In this document: positions 1 to 6,461 of the stretch, piece after piece
Position numbering within the stretch: position 1 is the stretch's first letter
Layout: each line of letters begins with the position of its first letter
IMG/VR virus record: IMGVR_UViG_3300008954_000001
Origin: a virus
Taxonomy: Duplodnaviria > Caudoviricetes
DNA: 64,000 nt
Strand: one strand, 5' to 3'
Notes under the pieces: generated by a model
Databases searched by the model: none
What the model was told of the DNA's origin: nothing
What the model saw: the letters and a program-made list of their open reading frames with translations, nothing else
Position numbers and translations under genes: made by a program

Positions 1-972
1 AAAGGAGAGTTGTGGACACATGCCGCATACACGGGGGGTCTAAAATCCACCCTTATGCTCAACTGGGCTTACAACCAAGCAGTGATCTACGGGGGTAGCT
101 CCTTGATCTTCTCCTTGGAGATGCCCTACGCCCAATGCCGTCGCATCCTGTACGCCATGCACAGCCTAAACCCTGCTTTACGAGACAAGCGTATCGAATT
201 GGGGATTGAAGCCAGCGATGGTCCTAACAGAGGTTTGAATTACGCCGACATCAAGCACGGCAAGCTGTCCCCAAACGGCAAGAAGTATTACTTCGATCAT
301 GTCACCCCACACTTCGCTGATGGCCCAACGGTCGCCCTACCAACCGGAGAACCTATTGGTCACGGAAAGATCAATATCGAAGTGGCCGATCCCGACAAAT
401 CGGATTTTACGGTAGCTGACCTACGCTCGAAAGCTGAACTGATCTACGCAGAGAACCCCTTTAGCGTGATCTTTGTAGACCACGCTGGCCTTATGGCCCC
501 TCGGTATCGGAACAGTTCGCAAACTGAACGGACCAATGAGGTCATGCGGGATCTCAAACGACTTGCGATGAGTTTCAACCGTGGACAAGGGATCGCTGTT
601 GTCGCCTTGTTTCAGATCAACCGCCAAGGTTTCAAGGAAGCCTGTAAGCGCAAAGAGAAGGGGTTGCCTCCTCTCTACACTCTTGCGGATCTTGCTTATG
701 CTAACGAAGCTGAAAAGTCCTCGGATGTTGTCACCGCTTCATTCATTGACGCAGAGCTTCGGAATCAAGGGCAAGTGCTCTTCCAATGTCTCAAAACAAG
801 AGACATGGAACCTTTCGACCCATTTTATTCGAGGGTAGAGTGGCCTTGTCGGAGAATCTTACATTGTGACGATATCCCCGACTTTGGTGTGGATGGTCGA
901 GAAAGGATTGCCCAACAAGCAGAAGCCCTTTCCGATCAACAAGCCCTCATCGATCAAATGTTAGACCTTTAA
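1..972 (+). CDS. dnaB: SF4 DnaB-like replicative helicase, C-terminal ATPase domain (5'-truncated by window edge)
   Basis: Frame is open from base 1 (KGELWTHAAYTGGLKST). Walker A-like AAYTGGLKST, H1a FSLEM, Walker B VIFVDHAGLM, H3 LFQINR, H4 DLAYANEAEKSSDVV and arginine finger KTRD occur in DnaB order. Confidence 0.85.
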   Translation, partial: KGELWTHAAYTGGLKSTLMLNWAYNQAVIYGGSSLIFSLEMPYAQCRRILYAMHSLNPALRDKRIELGIEASDGPNRGLNYADIKHGKLSPNGKKYYFDHVTPHFADGPTVALPTGEPIGHGKINIEVADPDKSDFTVADLRSKAELIYAENPFSVIFVDHAGLMAPRYRNSSQTERTNEVMRDLKRLAMSFNRGQGIAVVALFQINRQGFKEACKRKEKGLPPLYTLADLAYANEAEKSSDVVTASFIDAELRNQGQVLFQCLKTRDMEPFDPFYSRVEWPCRRILHCDDIPDFGVDGRERIAQQAEALSDQQALIDQMLDL

Positions 973-983
973 GGCGGTGACAC

Positions 984-1286
984 ATGGATAGCGTAGAAAT
1001 TGGAACGGCAAATAAGAACCCTACAGTAAACATTGAACAACTTACCGAAGAGTTCGACACCCTAACATTCCTTGAACCCCGTGCCGATTTCGACCCCTGC
1101 ATTATCGGAGTGGTTCAACGAAACAACCAAGAACCTTCTTTGTGTTACGCCTATGAAAAGGTCATCCACGCTTTGAAAAGCATGGGCGGGATATCTGATG
1201 AAGAAGCTGAAGAGCACTTCTCCTTCAACATCATCGGAGCCTATGTGGGTAAGACCACCCCCTGCTTTCTATTTTCGGGGCAATAA
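984..1286 (+). CDS. Conserved small phage hypothetical protein (100 aa)
   Basis: SD-like GGCGGTG upstream. Pattern FDPCIIGV...YEKVI...EEAEEHFSFNIIGAYVGKTTPCF resembles a small acidic family I recall as widespread in phage metagenomes. Confidence 0.7.
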   Translation: MDSVEIGTANKNPTVNIEQLTEEFDTLTFLEPRADFDPCIIGVVQRNNQEPSLCYAYEKVIHALKSMGGISDEEAEEHFSFNIIGAYVGKTTPCFLFSGQ

Positions 1287-1541
1287 ATGAGTAAGGCGGC
1301 TGAAACCTTTATCGACCAATTCACCCGCAAATTACTTGTCGATTGGGCGCACCATCAAATCACTGGTGGGGAAATAGGCAGTCCGCCCCCGTTAGAGGTG
1401 TGTGGCCCTCGCCAGTGCGCCTATGGCTACAAACCATACATCGAACACGCCATATCCAAAGGCTGGTTGTCGAAGGATGGGCAACGAGTTTTAGCAAGGG
1501 GTTTCTCTGTGGCTACTTCCGCTATCAAGCGAGGTAACTGA
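1287..1541 (+). CDS. Hypothetical protein (84 aa)
   Basis: Abuts the upstream stop (TAA-ATG) and overlaps the downstream start (TGATG), tiling the operon. Confidence 0.65.
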   Translation: MSKAAETFIDQFTRKLLVDWAHHQITGGEIGSPPPLEVCGPRQCAYGYKPYIEHAISKGWLSKDGQRVLARGFSVATSAIKRGN

Positions 1542-2122
1542 TGGGGAGAGCAAAAAAGAGGGCTGACCGAATTCGTGAAGAAGTGCCTCTGGATGCCGTT
1601 CTTGCTCGGTACGGCTACGATGTCATCGAGAAAAGCGACCGAGAGCAACAGTTCTCATGTGACCTTCATGGCGATGGATCAGACAATAAACCTTCGGCCC
1701 GATACTATCCCGACAGTTCGTCTTGGTATTGCTTCGCTTGCTCAAAGAGTCGGGATGCGATCTCGACAGTCATGTCTAAAGAAGGGAAGTCTTTCTCGGA
1801 AGCCTGTACCTCTTTAGAGAAAGACTACGGCCTCCCCGCCTTGCCTTGGGAAGAGGAAGATCGGCCACAACGGATCGACAGTGAGATCACTGTCTCCATG
1901 CCCCGCACCGCACAAGAGATCAGCGGGCACGTACTCAAAACCCTCAAAGCATTTTCAATCGGCAAAGATATTCCTCTCAATTCTCTCCTTCAATTGTGGG
2001 AAGCCCACGACAAGTTGGTTTTCCTTCATCAAGAAGGGCATTTGACGGAGGATCAAATCAAAGAAGGGATGGCTCGGATCGCTAAAACCGCCATGCGGGT
2101 AGCACGAGAGCAGACCCTATAA
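1541..2122 (+). CDS. Stand-alone primase zinc-binding domain (CHC2 type) protein, no TOPRIM domain
   Basis: CDLH-x~17-WYCFAC plus DAISTVM..EG.SF.EA..L matches the DnaG N-terminal CHC2 domain. The remainder is a short helical tail with no EG/DxD TOPRIM motifs. Confidence 0.8.
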   Translation: MGRAKKRADRIREEVPLDAVLARYGYDVIEKSDREQQFSCDLHGDGSDNKPSARYYPDSSSWYCFACSKSRDAISTVMSKEGKSFSEACTSLEKDYGLPALPWEEEDRPQRIDSEITVSMPRTAQEISGHVLKTLKAFSIGKDIPLNSLLQLWEAHDKLVFLHQEGHLTEDQIKEGMARIAKTAMRVAREQTL

Positions 2123-2131
2123 GGAGCAACA

Positions 2132-2176
2132 ATGAAGACAGTTACCCCACTTTCAGACAATAAATGCGGCAACTAA
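2132..2176 (+). CDS. Putative 14-aa leader mini-ORF (MKTVTPLSDNKCGN)
   Basis: Strong SD AAGGAG at 2121-2126, ATG at 2132, TAA at 2174-2176 directly abutting the ATG of array unit 1 in the same frame. Confidence 0.4.
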   Translation: MKTVTPLSDNKCGN

Positions 2177-2764
2177 ATGAAGGTTGTCCATCTGGCCCGA
2201 AAACCCTTCAAAGGGACCGTAGCCCTCAATGTCCTTACCCATGGGGCGGGAGGGTTGAATATCAACGCTTCTCGTATCCGAGACGGGTCTGAAACTAATG
2301 AGGCCCCCCCTGAGTACATCCCCAACTATGAAAACGAAGTGTTCGGTAGTGGGATGGGTGGTGGAGCTTGGGCAAATACAAGCGGGCGGTGGCCAGCCAA
2401 CCTGATCTTTCAGCATCTTGAAGGCTGTGTTTGCAAAGGAACTAAAAAGGTAAAAGGGATCGCTGGTGGCTCTCATTCAGGGGTTGAGCACACTCATGCG
2501 GTTGGGGCAAAGCTCAAACGGCACGGGATTACTCGCCATAACGATTCTGACGGAAACGAAACCGTAGCCAATTGGGTCTGTGTAGAGGGTTGTCCAATAC
2601 CTGTCTTAGACAACCAAAGTGGGATCGTGCCTACGGGATCGTGGAACCGACAAAAAGACGGGGCGCACCCTTTCGGAAATGCCGCTGGAAGCGAATACAA
2701 TAACTGGAAGGTTGTAGATGAGCCTGAAGGTGGGGCCTCTCGCTTCTTTAAGGCGGTGAAATGA
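2177..2764 (+). CDS. Array unit 1: methyltransferase-TRD-like module (195 aa), no catalytic motifs
   Basis: Conserved blocks LARKPF.GTVA.NVLTHGAGGLNI / GRWPANLIFQH / ETVANWVCVEGCP..LDNQSG / GGASRFFKAVK. Confidence 0.8.
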   Translation: MKVVHLARKPFKGTVALNVLTHGAGGLNINASRIRDGSETNEAPPEYIPNYENEVFGSGMGGGAWANTSGRWPANLIFQHLEGCVCKGTKKVKGIAGGSHSGVEHTHAVGAKLKRHGITRHNDSDGNETVANWVCVEGCPIPVLDNQSGIVPTGSWNRQKDGAHPFGNAAGSEYNNWKVVDEPEGGASRFFKAVK

Positions 2765-3435
2765 AAGTTATCACTCTTGCTCGCAAGCCTTTTAGTGGAA
2801 CGGTTGCTCACAATATGCTTACGCATGGGTGTGGTGGACTCAACATAAACAAGTGTCGAGTAGGGGCTTCGGAGAGCGACGATTACGGACGCAGCGTAAC
2901 GAATAGTGATGGCACCATAAACGCCCATGGGGGTTTCAGTGGGAAAGCCTTCAAAATCAATGAAAGAGATGAGGAATACGCCAGCAACTACGCCCATACT
3001 TCAGGTCGATGGCCCTCTAATCTGATCTTTCAACACTGTGAAGATTGTCGGTGTGAAGGAATCAAGAAAGTAAAAGGGATTGCCGGAGGCTCAGAGCGAG
3101 TCTCATCTCCCCGATGGCGGCCATGTCCCAACTTCCGGTCCCATTCAGGGGTGGCGCAAACACATGAGGTTGGCGCAAAGCTCAAACGCCACCGTATCGC
3201 TCGCCACAATGATCCCGAAGGCAACGAAACGGTTGCTGATTGGGTCTGTGTTGAGGATTGCCCCATCAAGACTTTAGACGAACAGAGCATCGCTGGCGGT
3301 ATGCACAGTGCGGGGTCTTCTCGAAAGGCTTCACGTTCTGCTGGAAAGACAGGCATGTTTCCGATGGACGGGGACGGTCACCGTTTCGGAGATACTGGGG
3401 GTGCCTCAAGGTTCTTCAAACAGGTGAAGCCGTGA
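2761..3435 (+). CDS. Array unit 2: methyltransferase-TRD-like module (224 aa)
   Basis: Same four blocks; ATGA overlap with unit 1. Confidence 0.8.
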   Translation: MKVITLARKPFSGTVAHNMLTHGCGGLNINKCRVGASESDDYGRSVTNSDGTINAHGGFSGKAFKINERDEEYASNYAHTSGRWPSNLIFQHCEDCRCEGIKKVKGIAGGSERVSSPRWRPCPNFRSHSGVAQTHEVGAKLKRHRIARHNDPEGNETVADWVCVEDCPIKTLDEQSIAGGMHSAGSSRKASRSAGKTGMFPMDGDGHRFGDTGGASRFFKQVKP

Positions 3436-4082
3436 AAGTTATTACTCTGGCTCGAAAGCCCCTTCAGGAAAGCACCATCACTTCCAATGTCCTGACACAC
3501 GGAGCGGGGGGCCTAAACATCGGTGCATGTCGGCTTTCTACTTCAGATAGCCTCAACGGTGGGGCTTACGCTGTGAACCCAACCCATCGGGCGGGTCAGG
3601 ATATGTGGACCCGTGATCGTAAAGGTGACACCAACTGTTTCAAACGGGGTGGGGCGGGCCATTACGAGCAACCTACGGGCCGCTGGCCAGCTAATCTGAT
3701 CTTTCAACACTTCGCTGAATGTAGATGCGAGGGGGTCAAGAAGGTAAAAAGCCACCCGCACTTAGGGCAAAAGAATCCAGAACTCACCAAGCAGTACAAA
3801 GGCGGTGTTTTCGGGGGCGGCGGGATAACCCCCGCTGGAGGTTATGCAGATGTTGATGGCAATGAAACTATAGCAAATTGGGTTTGTGCGGCTGGTTGTC
3901 CAATACCTGCTTTAGACAACCAAAGCGGTGTCTCGATTTCTTCGGGAGGTCGAATCGGCAACGCTCAAGGGATTTATACTAATCAAGGTCGAACAGGGTG
4001 GGGTACGGGCCATGAGGCTGGCGATCCCGGTTTCGGAGATGAGGGCGGGGCATCACGTTACTTCAAGGCAGTAAAGCCATGA
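3432..4082 (+). CDS. Array unit 3: methyltransferase-TRD-like module (216 aa, GTG start)
   Basis: Start re-assigned from the track's 3258 to GTG 3432 (GTGA overlap with the unit 2 stop), which gives the family N-terminus (M)KVITLARKP. Confidence 0.8.
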   Translation: MKVITLARKPLQESTITSNVLTHGAGGLNIGACRLSTSDSLNGGAYAVNPTHRAGQDMWTRDRKGDTNCFKRGGAGHYEQPTGRWPANLIFQHFAECRCEGVKKVKSHPHLGQKNPELTKQYKGGVFGGGGITPAGGYADVDGNETIANWVCAAGCPIPALDNQSGVSISSGGRIGNAQGIYTNQGRTGWGTGHEAGDPGFGDEGGASRYFKAVKP

Positions 4083-4723
4083 AGACGATTACTCTTGCTC
4101 GAAAACCGTTTGATGGGACCGTAGCCCACAACATGCTTACGCATGGGTGTGGGGGTTTGAATATCAATACTTGTCGGATCACCTTAGAACCCAACAGTCG
4201 GTTGACCAAAGGCGGCTCATACTCAGGAAACCGTACAGGGAGTAACGCTTCCTCTATGTTCAACGGAGGAAACGGGAAGGTGGAATACACCCCACCCCCC
4301 GGAAGATGGCCCGCTAACTTAATCCTCCAACACCTTGAAGGGTGTAGGCGGGATGGGGTTAAGAAAGTCAAACCTTCCAATGGGTCAGGAAGAGCGGGTG
4401 CGGGGGCATCTGGATTCCAAACTTCCTACGTGGGGGGAGATTCTAAGGCAACAGGATTTACGGGCGGTTCTGTGGAAGAGGATGGCAAAGAAACCGTAGC
4501 CAATTGGATCTGTGAAGACGGCTGTCCCGTAAAAGCCTTGGATGAGCAAAGCGGGGTTTCTAAGTCTTCGGGAGGGCGTACCGCTAATATCTCCACCACC
4601 TCTACTATTTATGGAGGGGGCAAAGGATTAGGGCAAGACTTGACCGCTGATTCAGTGCGTGGAGATCCGGGTTTCGGAGACACGGGTGGGGCTTCCCGCT
4701 TCTACAAGCAGGTGGTCCGATGA
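4079..4723 (+). CDS. Array unit 4: methyltransferase-TRD-like module (214 aa)
   Basis: Same four blocks; ATGA overlap. Confidence 0.8.
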   Translation: MKTITLARKPFDGTVAHNMLTHGCGGLNINTCRITLEPNSRLTKGGSYSGNRTGSNASSMFNGGNGKVEYTPPPGRWPANLILQHLEGCRRDGVKKVKPSNGSGRAGAGASGFQTSYVGGDSKATGFTGGSVEEDGKETVANWICEDGCPVKALDEQSGVSKSSGGRTANISTTSTIYGGGKGLGQDLTADSVRGDPGFGDTGGASRFYKQVVR

Positions 4724-5334
4724 AAGTAATCACACTGGCTCGGAAACCATTTGAAGGCACGGTCGCCAATAATGTTCTTACACGGGGTTGTGGTGGGATC
4801 AATATCGATGGTGCTCGCATCGCCGCCCCAAATGAAACGATTACGACCCACACGAAATCTAACGAAGCCGCCAAAGGTAAAGGCATCTTTGGAGCTTATG
4901 GTGGGTTCAAGACTCACCAGACTCCGGGTCAAAAGCTCGGACGGTTCCCCTCGAACACCATCTTTCAGCATCGCCCTGAATGTGTCTGTTTAGGCGCACA
5001 GAGGGTCGCTGGCCGAAGCTCTTGTAAAACCTCAAGTCTTGGGCAGGGGCGTAATGTCCCCGTCACCAGTGGTATCTACGGAGCCAAAAACAGCTTTATT
5101 GGTGTGGCCCATGTGGATGCCGATGGCACAGAAATCATCAATGCGTGGGAATGTGTAGATGGTTGTCCTGTGAAAGCGTTGGACGATCAAAGTGGTGTTC
5201 TCACCAGTGGGAAGATGGCCCAAGAGGTGAAGGGCAACCAGTTCAATGTCTACGGTAAAATGTACGACCGCTATGTCGAAACCCATGGGGATTCAGGTGG
5301 AGCCTCCCGCTTCTTTAAGCAGGTGAAACCATGA
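4720..5334 (+). CDS. Array unit 5: methyltransferase-TRD-like module (204 aa)
   Basis: Same four blocks (GRFPSN variant); ATGA overlap. Confidence 0.8.
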   Translation: MKVITLARKPFEGTVANNVLTRGCGGINIDGARIAAPNETITTHTKSNEAAKGKGIFGAYGGFKTHQTPGQKLGRFPSNTIFQHRPECVCLGAQRVAGRSSCKTSSLGQGRNVPVTSGIYGAKNSFIGVAHVDADGTEIINAWECVDGCPVKALDDQSGVLTSGKMAQEVKGNQFNVYGKMYDRYVETHGDSGGASRFFKQVKP

Positions 5335-5966
5335 AGGTGCTCACGTTGGCTCGCAAACCCTTCAAGGGGACCGTAGCCCACAATATGCTTACGCATGGTT
5401 GTGGTGGGATCAACATAAAGGCATCAAGAGTGGGTTCTGAACAGGTTTCGACCCACAGCCGTGGATCAAATCAAGCATTCCCCAAACGGCCAACTGAAAC
5501 CACTGTGGAGGAGTCGGGGCGTAAAGCCCGTCAAGACATATTGGATCACGCTCCCCGAACGGGAAGATGGCCCACCAACCTCATACTAAGTCATCTCGAC
5601 GGGTGTAGAATCGAAGGCACTCGCAAGGTCAAATGCAGCAATCCCACAAGGGCTGACGGGACCATCCGAACAGGTGACAATGAGATATACGGGAAAAGAG
5701 ACGACGTTCCCTTGTCGAACACCAACTACGCAGACGAGAGCGGTATGGAAGAGACTCCTAACTGGGTTTGTGTTGAAGGTTGCCCTGTAAAAGCCTTGGA
5801 CGAACAGAGTGGGGTTTCGCAAAGCCCGTCTACATACACCCGTTCCGTCGCCTCTGGCAATTTAATGGTGTGGGGGGAAGGAGTGGGAGATAAGGCTGGA
5901 GTGGAGTCTCTTAACTATGGTGACAGCGGAGGGGCTTCCCGTTTTTTCAAACAGGTGAAGCCGTGA
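5331..5966 (+). CDS. Array unit 6: methyltransferase-TRD-like module (211 aa)
   Basis: Same four blocks; ATGA overlap. Confidence 0.8.
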   Translation: MKVLTLARKPFKGTVAHNMLTHGCGGINIKASRVGSEQVSTHSRGSNQAFPKRPTETTVEESGRKARQDILDHAPRTGRWPTNLILSHLDGCRIEGTRKVKCSNPTRADGTIRTGDNEIYGKRDDVPLSNTNYADESGMEETPNWVCVEGCPVKALDEQSGVSQSPSTYTRSVASGNLMVWGEGVGDKAGVESLNYGDSGGASRFFKQVKP

Positions 5967-6400
5967 GGGGGTTGGTTAGGTATCAACTCAAAGACCCGAC
6001 ATGGGGGGAGTTCACAGTTTTTAGACCGATCCCAAAAGACGGGGATCTTTGGGGCTGTCTCACCTCCCTAAAAGGCACCGAATGGGAGAAAATGATCCCC
6101 GTTGTTTCGGGGGAAAACCTATCCCATGCCCTACACGGGTATATCGCCCCCCTGCTGAAAGAAATCGGGCCAGAGCCACGGTTGTTGGCGAAGCAGGTAG
6201 GCCAGAAACAAGGCCGCTGTGCGCTCTATAAAACCTGTGTGGCCGCCGAACCCAGTTGCCTTCCCGCTGGACCCCCACCTGATTGTTATGAAGCCCCTAT
6301 GGAAGATTATGGAGCTTCTTTTGCCGCCACAACCGTTGTTTTGTGCTGGAAAACAGGGGGTTGGGTGGTTGTCGTGGGGGAGGGTGAATTTTCGATTTGA
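5963..6400 (+). CDS. Hypothetical Cys/Pro-rich protein (145 aa, GTG start)
   Basis: GTGA overlap with unit 6. CALYKTC...CLP...PDCY cluster suggests metal binding. Confidence 0.65.
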   Translation: MRGLVRYQLKDPTWGEFTVFRPIPKDGDLWGCLTSLKGTEWEKMIPVVSGENLSHALHGYIAPLLKEIGPEPRLLAKQVGQKQGRCALYKTCVAAEPSCLPAGPPPDCYEAPMEDYGASFAATTVVLCWKTGGWVVVVGEGEFSI

Positions 6401-6461
6401 GGGGGCCGTTTGCCTTCCATTTCAGTACAATTTGTAGAGAAAGCGAGGAGTAGAAGTAAAA

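Larger units (their letters stand above)
2177..5966 (+). repeat. Tandem array of six diverged paralogous genes (~590-675 bp units)
   Basis: Four conserved protein/DNA blocks per unit alternate with three variable segments. Confidence 0.9.

Noticed and set aside
3258-3431. N-terminal extension of array unit 3 given by the ORF track
   Set aside because: It overlaps unit 2 in another frame. GTG 3432 restores the family N-terminus and the 4-nt overlap seen at all other junctions.
2177-5966. Array interpreted as CRISPR, DGR, or complete methyltransferases
   Set aside because: Units are 600-bp coding paralogs, not short repeats with spacers. There is no reverse transcriptase or adenine-specific TR/VR pair in the window, and no DPPY or conserved FxGxG (the FGGGG in unit 3 is in a variable Gly-rich segment).
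6426-6436. TACAAT (-10-like) inside an 11-nt palindrome TACAATTTGTA upstream of polA
   Set aside because: No -35 match at 16-18 nt spacing, and the palindrome is too short to distinguish from chance.
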